A stretch of DNA of 64,000 nt from Chrysomallon squamiferum (taxonomy: Eukaryota > Animalia > Mollusca): NCBI GenBank assembly GCA_012295275.1, contig CM022673.1:4960001-5024000 (forward strand), in the 5' to 3' direction. Of the stretch, positions 19,456-33,314 are shown piece after piece (position 1 is the stretch's first letter; every line of letters begins with the position of its first letter). The notes under the pieces are model-generated. The model was not told the origin of the DNA. It ran no database searches and was given only the letters and a program-made list of their open reading frames with translations. The position numbers and the translations under genes were made by a program.

Positions 19456-22400
19456 CCCTAAAACAAACTGTCATTCTCACGACGGGTAACGAATAACGTG
19501 TTTCTGGGATTACTACGTTACACGTTTCGATAGTCCGAGAAAAAAGTTTAGTCCGTTAATTAGTCTTTATATTACACAAGTTAAATATATATATATATAT
19601 ATCTAAAGTTAGATACATTATAAAGCTAACGTTTAAAATTTGTCATCTTCCAGGTCAGACTACAGTCTTTATAAATTTTGATAATTAATTTTAGTGATTT
19701 ATATTTTATAATTTTATCAACGTTTTTATATCCTCAAGAAGTGTGTTATGGGGTTAGTTAATTAAAACGATAATCGTAAAGTCGTTCAGCTATTCAGTTA
19801 TCTCTGGAAAAGGGTTATTAAAAAGGTGCGATCCTCGTATGTAATGGTTTAAAGACGGGTTTTAGTATTTTAATATTTTAAAAAACAAAAAATCTTCATA
19901 TTGTCATTTTTATATATATACAAGCTGATGTAAAGAAAAAAGATTTCATTTAAAAAAAAAAAAATAATATTAATAATAGTATTAATAATAAAAATAATAA
20001 TAAATATATTACTATCTCTTAATTATTTATTTCTTTATTATTTAGAATTTAGAATTTATTTGTGACATTTTTTTTGGTGTCAAGTATACTATATACACAA
20101 TAGTATTAACACACTGGTGTTTACTGTAAGAAAAAAAATTCTTATCTTTTGTCAGGTGGTAAGAAACAGCTAAAAAGTGACTGATGTTTTTCACCTTTAG
20201 TGTGAAAACCAGACACCTGGTGGATTTAACCTTTACTTCATTGTTATGTATTCAACCCTAATTTTCAGCAATCTGTAACTCTTTGGCTTCTGGGTCGCAG
20301 GATCTGTCTTGATCGTATGTCACAACGGAATATTTCCCGATCCGGACACTGCGCCTCGACTAGCTATCGAAGGTTTAGGAAAGTGATTTCCTATCATATA
20401 CAAGATGTCTTGGAAAATAAACACCGAGGTTTATTCTGAAACACTGTGAAACAAATTATTGAATGTTCGACATCAAATAGCCCATGAAAAATAGAGTAAT
20501 GCTTAGCATTCACAAAGTGAACGAATTGCTGTAATGGTTGAAATCTCTCTCATGAAGATGGAATGTGTTTCCTCGATTGGCAAGCTTGCATATTACTCTC
20601 AATAACGTATGATCATCATTATCCTAATTTTAGTAGATACTGGCTCACGTTTATTTCTCCTACACAGAGTTAACTGGAAAAGTGTCTGAAAGTAATCATC
20701 TCATTAATCATGTTGACGGACGTGTTATAACAGCTGATTTTAAAATATATATATTTATGTGACTGTTGTTCAAGATGGTCTTGTCAGATCATTAAGATGT
20801 TGATTTTATTTTATTTTATTTTTTATTTTTTATTTTATTTTATTTTATTATTATTATATTTTTTTGTAGGTGTATTTGGACGGTGAGACATATTCAAGAC
20901 AAGAAACAAATGAAGCTGCTCGTTCATACTACTGAGATGAAATTTTAAAATAGCTTTTGCTTGTATAAAAGAAGAACAAATCTAAATAAATGAGTGGCAG
21001 TCCTCCCAATTTTAAACTAATTTATTTAAATAATTAAACAAAGTTTAATAGTACTATAGATTTTTTCTTAAATTGGTTCTAACATGATTAATAATTAAAA
21101 TAATTATTGTAAAGCAAATTCAGTTTTATTTTATGTTTCCAATTTTAAAATATTCAAACTTAAACTGGTTCAGGTATGGTTAAGAATGATGATAATTACA
21201 GGAAAGCTTTTTTGTGTTATTTTAGACTTCTAATTTTAAAATACTGCATACTACAAAAATAAACAAAGCAATATCCTTCTAATGTAAATTTATTCAGAAA
21301 GTAAAACATAAGACACAGACTCGATTATTTACGTTATTATTTTTATTTTGTTGTTTTTGTTTTTTCTATTTAAGTAAATTTGCTTTTTTTTTTGTGTGTG
21401 TGTTTGTGTAATTATAATTGTTTTAACACGTACTGTCAATAATTTATTATCTCCGTACGTGTATCTACCAGTTTATCGAGGCTGTTTTTGTGTGGAACAT
21501 GTAATATCTCAAGGTGTATTATCTGTTAACTTCATTATTACAAATGGATGATTCTTTTGGTAACATGAAGACATGCAGTGTGTGTTTAGACTGAAGTTTA
21601 ACATCCTTAATTATTTTAACAACTTATTTTCAATATTTCTACTTTTCTTCATTTACAACCGGTTTTACAATGTATGTATGTATGTATGTATGTCTGTATG
21701 TATGTCTGTATGTATGTATGTATGTGTGTATGTATGTATGTATAAATATATATGTGTGTGTACGTATGTAAGTCTGTGTGTATGTGTGTGTGCGTATGTA
21801 AGTCTGTGTGTATGTGTGTGTGTATACAGATCAAATTTCTTTGTCCAGGAAAGCAGGTGGGCTGCTACTTTCAAAAAGGACTTTGACATAATGAACCTTG
21901 TTGATATTAGCATTGTTTCAGTTATCTTGATACGGATATAACTGAGATCCCTGTTAAAAATCATCACTATTTTCTGAACAATGTCTCACAATATTAAATA
22001 AAGATAGAAAATAATATTTCCTACATCATAACGACTAACGAATATATTAGCCCATAGTGGTCACAGTCAAACAGAAGAAAAGAATGTAATGTGCCACTTA
22101 GCTATTAACATACTTGTAAATAATAAGCTGTACTGATGTTGGTTTCTGAAATGTTCACGTAATATTAATAAGGTTAATTTTAAAATTAGTGTCATGATGT
22201 CATTTACCTATACACACAATTAATACCTGCAGTACGTTTTAATGCTGCAGTACTCTATAGTGTACATGTAAAAATGGAAATCTTGCAGTATTTATAAAAT
22301 ATGATAGTCACCAGTTAAAGGTGAGGAATATTTTTATAAACTGTGAGATTAGGAATATTGTTTTTTTTAAATAAAAGTTTATAGAAAAAAATTCTATAAA

Positions 22401-22501
22401 CTGACAGATAATGAACATGTTTAATGACTGCAGCAGTAACAACAACTAGTGTGTTTCAGAATTTCACACTTGATTTATTCGTTAGAGTTTCAACATGGTT
22501 G

Positions 22502-23729
22502 TTACGACGATGTTGGTGTGATGTGGAAATGCTGAGCGAGCTGTTGTGTTCTGAAACGAAAAATAAGATTTTGTTACGTAAAGTGAAAAACAAACTCTAA
22601 CAATACCACGTGACATAATGTGAACAAAAACTGAAATGTAAGAACATATAGAGTATGTGTGTGTGTGTGTGTGTGTGTGTGTTTACGTATGTATGTACGT
22701 TTTGTGTATGTATGTTTGTAGGTATATGTGTGTATGCATCTATGTATGTGTGTGTATATATGTATGTATGTATGTGTGTGTGTGTACGTATTGTGTATGT
22801 ATGTTTGTAGGTATATGTGTATGTATGTATGTATGTATGTGTGCACATATTATATCTACTTAATATATATGTATAATTGTATGTAAGTAGGTAGGTAGGT
22901 AGTAGGCAGGTTTTTTTTTATGTATGTGTTTGTGTATCTGTATAAAAGTGTATGTAGGTAGGTAGATAGGTAGGTAGGCAGGTAGGTAGGCAGGTATTTA
23001 TATGTGTGTGTATGTGTATCTTTATATAATCACACTGACCCTTTGCAAGCCACTCTGCACACTGACGCTCCAATGGCGTTGTGGAAGAGATTTGGACAAG
23101 CCGCTTCGCACTCTGATTCACTCTGGTCAGTTCCGATGTTGTCCACAATGGTCTGGACAACGGACTTGACTTCATCAATGTGAGCGTACTTTCCCAGGGC
23201 ACTCAGAACTGTGAGGAAATAAATATACTTAACACAAAAATAATACAAGAATATTTTGAACATTTACAACTATATTCTGAATGCTTTGAGTTTCACAGCC
23301 CAAATAGTTACAGGCTTGCGCGAATGTTGGAAGATGATTATGCCACTATAAGAATACGGCTTACTCTATAGTGACTGTTCTTTGTTTCAGAATTTTCGAA
23401 TCGCTGTTGATCGAATCTGAGATTGCCAAACACGCGGATAAGATGTGTAGTCGTCAAAGTAAATCCGATAAAGTTGTATTTCCATTATAAACAAAGGAAT
23501 GTTGACAAAAAATTATTTACTATGGACTATTGTAATCAATAACCAGCAATCTGGCCAGCGAGACATTGGCTAAAACAGCGCCCCACTGTGGACAGATGTG
23601 GCGACCTGTGACCCTTCAGGCTGTACAAGTGAAAAGTATCATTATAAGCTTACTGTCATGGATGCTTCTTTCCTCTGGGGCGGCAAATGCCAGGGGAATG
23701 AGAACAACGAGAAGCAGAACAAACTTCAT
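22502..23729 (-). CDS. Small secreted prepropeptide, paralog C; exons 23729-23654, 23208-23040, 22550-22502
   Basis: [97 protein letters not shown]. Confidence 0.9.
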
Positions 23730-23746
23730 GTTTGACTTAATCTGAA

Positions 23747-23785
<39 letters not shown>

Positions 23786-24346
23786 CATCATCATCATCAT
23801 CATAACACAACAACAACATTACTACTAATAAAAACATCAGTAAAAATAAATAATGATGATGATCAAGATTTGTGAAAAATAATCTAACAACACATGTGTT
23901 TCCATATCAGTAACCATCACAATCTGTTTATGCTGAAAAGTAATAATACAAACACATCTCTCTCCTAAGACAGAAACTGACACAAGAAGAATCAGACGCC
24001 AAGAATAAAGACTGTTAGTTAAATTTACGCTGTCAAAACTCTCAAACGAAGACCGCTGAAGCAAGTATTAGAAGCCAAGAACAAAATCGGCGTTAGAACG
24101 TGAAGTCATCTGAAACGGTCTTAGAGAAACATTCTGAAATAAAACGAATTTAATGCTTCCTGACTGGTTCGTGGTAAGCAGGACGTATGTCAAGTAAAGA
24201 GAAACACTTCGAAACCTGTCTCTGGTTGCCTAAAGGCCAGGAACGATTGCAAAGCATCTGATTCACGGAGCCATCTCTCACCGCTTCGATTCTACTCTGG
24301 AGAAACAAGCTGACACTAAAGAGAATATTCATGATAATCCACTTAC

Positions 24347-24430
24347 CTTTCCACAGTCAGATGTGAAGCTGTCGACGATGCGAACTGTAATTATATGCAG
24401 TTTGTCACACATTACGTCATCGCTAGATAA
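24347..24430 (-). promoter_or_regulatory. Core promoter and non-coding exon 1 of paralog C
   Basis: ATATAA at 24396-24391, donor AAG|GTAAGT at 24347/24346, TTACGTCA at 24412-24419, AGATAA at 24425-24430. Confidence 0.55.
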
Positions 24431-25221
24431 GGCTAACGTAAAGTGCTACTCCCACGACGTCTGCGAAGAGGCATAATTACGTTACACTTGAGTCATGTCT
24501 GGCACGATTTTATACTCGTTAAAAAAAGATAATACAGTTTTACGTATTAATTATCTATTTATTTAATTACAGTTTATTTATTTATTTATTAATTTATTTG
24601 TTTGCTTATTAATTAATTTTTTATTTGTTACTGTTTATTTTATTTTTATTTATTTACTTTTGGTAAACGATACTGAAAAAGAAAAAAAATCTATCTTTTT
24701 AAAAAATAAAAAATAATAGAATTATTTTCATTAAAGAATATATATATATGTTAAGATCAAAGTTCCCTCTTTAGTATTTTATTGCTGGTTTAGGTACTAA
24801 AAGACCATAATGAAGACAGTTTACTAAAAAAAAAAAAAAAAAAAGAAGAATAGTAATAGTAAAATAAAACAAAATAAAATAAAAATACCAAAGAAGTTGG
24901 ATGTATAGCGTGAATCTGCCATTGTCAAGAGCAGTTGTAAATAAAACAGTTAATTTCATTTGCGTTATTTAGGATTGCATGATGTTTGTGTGTGTACTAA
25001 TACATATAAAAATAAATAAATAAATATATAAAATAAAATAAAATTTAATGTCGGTTTTTTGTTTTTTTTTGGAAAAGTATACATCAGATGACAGAACACC
25101 TCAAAAAAAAAAAAAAAAAAAATGTTTTATCTTCAGGGTCAGGATCTTGAAACTGTATTGGACATTTTTTTTTTCCCTTTTAGCTTTGTCTTATCAGTCG
25201 AACACGAAACACGTGTTGAAA

Positions 25222-25957
25222 ATGGTTGGACTTCAGTTTATAATTTATTCAGCAACACTGGTCCTCGCTGGGGCCAGTGTTATTGCACCTCGTCCAGCCC
25301 ACTGTGAGTACAACAACAAAACGTATCAAGTGGGTGAGCAGGTGAACAAAACCCCGTGCATGCCATGTTCGTGCTCACCGTCGGGTGATCTCGTCTGCGC
25401 CATTATAGACTGTGCACCTCCCATGTGCGTCGACCCACAGTATCATAAGGACCAGTGTTGTGCTACGTGTCCCAATGGTTAGTATCCAGTAAATTTTATT
25501 TTTAACAAAGGAATACGACTAAATTACTATTATTATCTTACTATGTTACTTTTAATCAGAAACACGACAAAACAAACAAACAATAACATTAAAATAAACC
25601 AAATCATTTATAGTTACAAATAAATGAATAAATGATCTTTTTTTTTTCTTTTTTTGAAGTAAATTTATTGTATTTCATTATTATTATTATTATTATTTTT
25701 ATTTATTTATTTATTTATTCAATTATTCATTTACTCATTTACTCATTTACTCATTTATTCATTTATTTATTATTTTCTGTCTCTTTATTTTAGGACCTAA
25801 TTGTAAAATTGGTAAAATAATCATCCCTGCTAATCAAGACTACAAGCTGGACGAACATACCACGTGCCGTTGTTCTCGTGATTTCTCGCGACTGTTCGGG
25901 CCGGAAGCGCACCAGGCAGAGTGCAAGAAGTCTATAACTGCCAGTTTGTTTTCGTGA
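25222..25957 (+). CDS. Secreted VWC-domain protein (VWC2/brorin-like); exons 25222-25477, 25794-25957
   Basis: Signal peptide MVGLQFIIYSATLVLAGAS. Full VWC pattern CEYNNKTYQVGE..PCMPCSC...VCAIIDC..PMCVDP...QCCATC, then GPNC...CRC...AEC. AATAAA at ~25968. Confidence 0.88.
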
Positions 25958-26977
25958 TTAAAATGTCAATAAAACAGTTTGCAGTCCTTTTTCTCTAGTA
26001 GTGCTCCTCATTAAATAAAACTGATTAATCCATTACAGATCTTTCTCGTCGATTCTTATAAAGCTGTCGACTGGTTAATGTTTGCTCATAATATAAAAAG
26101 ACAATTAATATAGTGTTATTAGTCGTAATAATGCTATTTATAGTAGTGGTGATCATGGTGGTAGTATTTAGTATGATGGTAGTAATAGTGGTAGTTGTAG
26201 CAGACGTAGTGGTAAGCTGTAGCAGTAGTAGGTTTAGTTGCAGAAATAACAGTGGAAGTACTTACAGTCGTGGTAGCAGAAGTAGTAATAGTAGTTGTGA
26301 TAATGATTGAGCTAATTTTGGGGGAGTAGTTGTTCTAGTTGTAGTAGCACTACCATCTGATAGTATTGGTTACAGAGGTGATAACTGTAGTAATAGTGGT
26401 TGAATAATAATTTATTCAGTAGACAAATCATGTGAACATGTGTTTTCCTACGAGTGAGCTGTAATATATTTATATAAGAACTAAGAGTAACCGAATTATA
26501 ATCAGAACGAAGATATATTCTTGCTTGTTATTGTATTTTCATAATGAACACTTCACAGTAAAGTCAAAATGTAACTAAACTGTGAATATCTATCTAATTA
26601 ACATTAAACTGAAATAATAATAAATAAAAAAAAAAACCAAAAAAACAAAAATAATAATAAATAAAAAAATGAATAATAATAATAAATAAAAAAATAAATA
26701 ATAATAATAAATAAATAAATAAATAAATAAAAAAAAATAAAATAAAATAAATAAAATAAAATAAAATAAAGTAAATAAATAAATAGATAAATAAATAAAT
26801 AAATAAATAAATAAATTAAATAAATAAATTAATTAAATAAATAAAATAATAATAATTAAACATAAAAATGATCACCCTCAAAATCATTAGCAAACTTCTG
26901 ATAATCTGTTTTACAATAAAATGTGATGCTCATTACAAAACCCAGACGTAAATTAAATGTAGAGGTCTTTTTATTAA

Positions 26978-27039
<62 letters not shown>

Positions 27040-27392
27040 TTATTTATTTATTTTGTAGTAGAAAACGAAATTGTCTAAGTTCTTCTCTCAACTACAAAAC
27101 GATATTTTCGATGAAATATTGTTACACACGATGCACTCGTGTACACCTACGCACAAAAAAAAAAAAAAAACGTACTTATTTAAACTGTGAACTGGCGTAT
27201 CGGTCATACAGGCTACTGAGGTTATTGCTCACTACGCATTATTATCAACATACATCGCGAGAATTCAGTAAACTAATCGTGAGAACAAAACACGTTGTTT
27301 TTCCAAGAATAGTACCCACACAACACAGCGGTTGTAGGACATTTGCTCCCCCAACAGTTGCTCAGCAGCCATTTACCCACGGGACAGTTGCT

Positions 27393-27423
<31 letters not shown>

Positions 27424-28145
27424 AGTACTTCTGCCCAACGCCAGTGATTTAAAAAAAATAAAAATGTATTTATATATTTTTCTTGTTTTTTTTTTTGGTT
27501 CTTTTTAGATTTTTGTTCTTTTATATAATTTTAATATTTTTTTATTTTTTTTGGGTGGGTGGGTGGGTAGTGGTAGTGTTGTTGTTTTTCCGAGATTTTA
27601 TTTTATTTTATTTTTTGTATTATTATTAACATTTTTTTTTTTTTTTTTTTTGTCTTGGATATTCTTTGGAATATATTTGATATATAACGAGAGTGGCTCT
27701 TTTTAAAGTCAACACAAATGCAAATTTATTTACACATGTAACAATTAAGCAACAATTACAACATAGGTTTACAGTCGAACTGAATGTCCAAGTAAATGGA
27801 TAACCATGATATTTCTCGAAATATATGTGATTAACATGATTATTAATTGATATAATTAAAATTATTGTCAGAATACATAATTAAATAACTGCAAACAAGA
27901 TAATAGGATTCCTTAAGGTCATAAGATTGTTTCGTTTGTTCTTAGTTTGATACTCCAGTTCGAATAAATGAAAGACTGGTTTTTTTCTAACTGATGGAAT
28001 AATTGCAGTGAAAGTCCCAAAAGATCATACAATTCCTTGAATTGCACTGCATCCAAGTAACTCAAAAGCTGTTTGACTTTTGTGTGTATGTGTGTGTGTA
28101 TATACATATACATACATACATACATTCATACATACATATATATAC

Positions 28146-28226
<81 letters not shown>

Positions 28227-28363
28227 CTGAAATGAGTAACATCGTACTTTGTCCCATTTGTTACATTTAGATCTCTAAGTTGACGAAGGTCTGTCAGTAG
28301 CTGCCCTTGATTCCTAGAATCTGTTTATTTCTCACGCTTAAGGTCCACGCCATATCATTCAGC

Positions 28364-28863
28364 ATGATTCGATTTGCGTTTACCTTGTTCCTTGTTGGTA
28401 ATCTTATTTTTATTTGTTTTCTTCTCGTTGATTTAAAAAGTAATAGTAGTGGTAGGTATAATAGTGGTAATGGTTGTGGTGACAGTGGTGGCACTAGTAG
28501 TAGTTTAGCTGTAGTATAGTTGTGATGGTAGTAGTAGTAGTACTAATAATAGTAGATTTAGCAGAAACAGCAGTAGTAAGGGAGCAAGTATTGTTTCGAA
28601 AGTTGCTTCATATGCACCTATAATGGGTTAATATTTAGTAGAAAATAAACGTTCTTCTGCCTCCGATAAACAATTTCAGTATTTTCAGGATCACTTCAGC
28701 AGACAGAAGGAGTTCGACACGTAAGTTGTTTTAACTTGTTTTATTTCTTCTGCTGTATAATGAACATTATAATTATTACTACTGAAGATAACGTAATATA
28801 ATTCTAAATATAAAAATAACTGAATAACTTAATCGATCACTGAAAAACACAAATTGCAGTCTC

Positions 28864-28910
<47 letters not shown>

Positions 28911-29260
28911 TCATGTGTCTGAGTTTGTGTGTGTATGTTTGTGTATGTGTCTATATATGTTTATATGTGTGTCTGTGTGGTGCTTGTGCTTGTGTATTTG
29001 TATATGTGTCTGTGTGTGTATGTATATCTGTGTCTGTGTGTGTGCGTCTTGTACTACATTACGCTTGATGCTTGAGTAAAACGTCAAATAATAAATTTAT
29101 TATTTTATTTCAGGGAGAATGTCCATTATTACCGTGTCCTTACACCGATTTTTGTAAGACGACAGCACCAACGTTTTTCTTGCACAATGGAATGAACTGC
29201 AGTGGTTGTGATGAATGCATCGTATCAGTACCAGTAGGTGGAGTTATGTTCCCTCCTTAA
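28364..29260 (+). CDS. Small secreted 6-Cys peptide; exons 28364-28397, 28680(or 28689)-28720, 29114-29260
   Basis: MIRFAFTLFLVVFSGSLQQTEG-VRHGECPLLPCPYTDFCKTTAPTFFLHNGMNCSGCDECIVSVPVGGVMFPP*. Phases 1 and 0 are consistent. AATAAA at ~29353. Confidence 0.7.
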
Positions 29261-29537
29261 CGATTGGATTTATTTTCAATGTTTAAAGATACCAACATAT
29301 AAGTATTAATTAATTATCATATGATCTTGTCATATATTGCAGTAAAACTTAAATAAATTTCTGTAAATTATAAATGATGATGATGATGAAAGGATTCCAG
29401 TTGATGATGAAAAATAAACATTTAGTATGGGTACAAGAATTTTGACGTCTGACTGATGGTAATGACAACAATCTGGTATGCCTAACCTTCTCTCTAGGAT
29501 ATTATCGAAATGAAGAGATATCTTTTTAATTTCTCTG

Positions 29538-30558
29538 CGTCTGGTGTCACTCAGTTCTTCTCTCTCTCGATGGTGTTCTCTCTCTCTCTCTCCGTGTGAC
29601 GTCCTCTACAAACAAACACGATGAAGTTTGTGATCTTCTCTCTCTGCCAATATATATATATATATATAGGACAGTTCTAAACGTACACACAAACTACACT
29701 AAACACATACAACGAAAGCACGGGCAAATCTACCAATATGTTTAAAGAAATAAAAATCCCTCCCCCAAAACATAAAACAACAAGTGCAGATGAAAGACAT
29801 TAATAAAAATATATTTCTTTATCAGGCAGTTAAACTGCAAAACTTGTACAAACAAAGATTAAAGAACAACATTTATTTGTTGCAAAGAATAACAAACATG
29901 TAATAATCATCTGTGAACTTGACTGATCCACCACCACCAGAAAACAAACATACATAAATAATATATATATATATATATAAATTAAAAAAATATATAAGAA
30001 ATAAATTAATAAAAAATATATTTCTTTATCAGGTAGTATAAACAGCAAAACTTGTATAAACAAATATTAAAAAACATTTGTCTGTTGCAAAAAATAACAA
30101 ACATGTAATAATCATCTCCGAAAACAAACATACATAAATAAAATCTCCACTATGAAAAAAACATTTTTTCAATGAGTAGGTATTTTCAATGCAGCAATAA
30201 GTCAAATTTATTTCATTTCTATCTGAATATTTATGCAGATTTGTTATCAACTTATAAGTCGAAATTATAATTTTATACAGTTGATTAGTTAATCACCATA
30301 GTAAAATCAAGCTGCCTTGCTAAGAAAATACGCACAAATTATCATACAAATAACATAATGTTAAATATCCAGCGTGTATCTCATTTTCAATTACGTCAGC
30401 AGATCCGTCTGAAAAAAGACAAAACTGTTTTTGCGTGTCCACAAGTTTTGTGTATGACATCAACAGATCATTGTCCCGTGCCTTTGCAAACGACCAAGAT
30501 GTCCTTCATGGGTCAAGAGTGTGCAGGGTGTCCTTACTGCCCTACTGACCGTATCTGA
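29538..30558 (+). pseudogene. Damaged copy of the two-module CPxxxC peptide gene; first exon (~29538-29650) degenerate, last exon 30403-30558 intact
   Basis: Last exon IRLKKDKTVFACPQVLCMTSTDHCPVPLQTTKMSFMGQECAGCPYCPTDRI* has one aa difference from 63455-63610. The first exon is CT-scrambled, frameshifted and lacks its 3' half. Confidence 0.6.
29810..30142 (+). repeat. ~200-bp intronic tandem duplication (also present at ~62730-63060)
   Basis: ATATTTCTTTATCAGG..AAAACTTGTA..AACAAACATGTAATAATCATCT..AAACAAACATACATAAATAA occurs twice in each X copy. Confidence 0.8.
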
Positions 30559-30989
30559 AGTTGGTATAATTATCTTTTCATTGTATTTGTTTTCCTTCCA
30601 AAACAATGCTGTCTCATTTTCATTGTATTTAGAACATGTTCAATATTTAAAAACTCTCTCTGTTTTCAGTATTTAGGCAATTTAATATCAGTCTTATAAA
30701 GGATATTTTTATTTATTATTTATTTTTTTTCAAATTAAAATTTTGAAATGGTAAGGATTGGAGGTGGCCAAAATATGATCTGGTGTTGTTGTTATTGTTA
30801 TTATTATTATTATTATTATTATTAGGTGTGAGAAATGCCAATCCATAGACTTTATTTTAAGATTTACATCGACAGCGTGAATACATAGGTTAATTGTTAA
30901 ATCTTTTTTAAGGGTAGTGTTCTTGAAACAAAAAATTAAAAAATTTACAAATTAAATTAAATAGAAATACGAACACAAACCATTGCGTG

Positions 30990-31276
30990 AACGTTTTGTT
31001 CTTCAATATTTAAAATTTGTAACTTTAATACAACAATTCATAGATAAATTTTTCTTTCTTCCTTTCATTCTTTTCCATAGTTTATAACTTTTCCCTTTCT
31101 TTTTACTTCTCAGATTACTGCGGATTAGCAAAAGAAGAATATCTATGAGTTGATATATATATTAATAAACACAATGTGAGCAATATAAAGTTTGAAATAT
31201 TTTACGAAAATAGCATGACACTAAACGTATATCACGAGCTATTCAAACAGCATTAGTTGTATTGGATCTCATTTCA
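30990..31276 (-). repeat. Segment Y, inverted copy of 55320-55572
   Basis: The reverse complement matches GAATGAGATCCAAT...CTCGTGATATACGTTTAGTGTCA...TAATCCGCAGTAATCTGAGAAG...GAAGAACAAAACGT. Confidence 0.88.
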
Positions 31277-31321
<45 letters not shown>

Positions 31322-31869
31322 ATAATAATAATAAAACATCTTAAGCGTTTGCTATCGTTAAGACTTTTCTGATGCAATAATTTAATTTTTAATATTGATT
31401 ATACAAAAACAATAAGACAAAATACGAGATAATGTGCATGTTTTTGTTTTGGTTTTCCCCAAAGAATCAATAATAAACAATATTTCATTAATTTGGTTCT
31501 AAACATGTATGCTTTTACAATTCATCTCCCTAAATTCAATGTATATGCGTACATAATTATTTTGTTAATTATCAAGTCTGTTGATACTAAAAGCAAACAT
31601 TTCAATATTTCAAAGACGCGAAAATGTGCTGAAATTTAAGTTAATATATATAATAATTTCGTCGAATGTTTTTTAACGATTAAATTAAATCATCTCTTTC
31701 ACATATATCTACAATCCTTTGATAAAGCCCTCATCAAACACTTATCGTTTATCTCCCAAAAGTCGATTTATATTTTTATATGATACAAATATATAATTAT
31801 TCAGAAATAATTGGATCATTGATGAAGGTTATTTTATAAGATAGATTTTAGGTACAATAAAATAGATTC

Positions 31870-33218
31870 AAATTAATAAAAAGAATTATGTGAATTTTTT
31901 TTTATTTTAAATTAAAATAAGGTATTTTACCGATTTTCCGGAATATCTATTCTTTTTCTGTTTTTCTTCCTTCCTTAACAAAACAGGGAAAATAATAATT
32001 CAGTATTACACTTCTAACAAACAAACTTCATTTCTCCCAAGTCTTTAAAGCAAAACCTACTGCTAGAAATTTAAAATTTAAATTTAAATGAAATACATTA
32101 ATATCAGTGGAACAAGCATGTTAGTACAGGGTACATCAATAAAATCACAGTATTAAATTAAAAAAAAAAAAAAATAAACATAAAATAAATTATATCAAAT
32201 GCCCGGTACTTGCAAATTGTATCCGGTTTAAAAATGTTACGGAAAGTCGATCGTGCATCTGTAATTTCAGTAAAAATAAACAGTATTAAACTTTTTAAAT
32301 ATAGTATGTTGACATCGAAAACAAATATTAAAACACTTGTACATAAAACCTTAGTTACTGGAAACCTCCACATTACAGAGTGGCATTCCTCTTATACAGG
32401 ATGATGGTTAGATTCTACGATTAAAATTTGCACATTTTAAATATAAAAATATAGAATTTTAAGGAATCCTTTAAAATATGTTCAACATTTTTCCTTGAAT
32501 TTTTTTTTAGTAAGGTACACAAATGTGCTATCTTTTAAGTTAATATGTCAAGAGTCTGATTGTCGAATGAAGTCTGGAAATATAGGTGAATCTTTATAAA
32601 TGAAAGGTTCAGAACCAGAGTGATATACGCTCGTCAGTTTAGACTGACTGTAATTAGGGGAACAGTTAATGAACAAATATATAGTTGGTCTGAACTCCCC
32701 TCCAATCCTGAAACAATTACAGTCGAAGTACAATGTGAAGGTTTACGAATACTGTTTTAAAACAAAATTTAATAATAATAATAATAATGAAATATGAAAA
32801 AAACAAAAACAGAAACAACTAACTAACTAAGTACCAACAAAAACAATAATAACCTAATAGGTAACTGGATTTATACTTTGTCAAGCAGTTCCAAATGACA
32901 AATCACATGTACTACCACGTGACTTGTACAATCACCAATTAAAACAGACATTTCAGTGAACAAAATGAAAACAAATGTGTGTATATTCAAATAGTCTAGA
33001 AATGATATTTGTATTTATTTATTATGGTTTTTTTATTTTTGGGGTTGTATTTTCTTTTTTTTATTAATTTCATTCTTTCTTTTTTGTTTGTTTGTTGTTG
33101 TTTTTGAGAGGTTTTTGTCGTTTTTTATATTTGCTTTTATGCAAAGGGCGATTACTGTAGGAATATTAATAAATAATGTTTTAATTGTTCACAATTATGC
33201 TTTGACAAACGTCAATAT

Positions 33219-33255
<37 letters not shown>

Positions 33256-33283
33256 TTAAAATTAAAACAACAACAATAACAAA

Positions 33284-33314
<31 letters not shown>

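Larger units (their letters stand above)
29498..30928 (+). repeat. Segmental duplicate X, direct copy of 62185-64000
   Basis: Collinear near-identity from GATATTATCGAAATGAAGAGATATC to GGGTAGTGTTCTTGAA. Confidence 0.9.

Noticed and set aside
27330-27450. Short GGACA(T/G)TTGCTCCC repeats, possible non-autonomous element end
   Set aside because: Only 2-3 degenerate copies with no definable boundaries.
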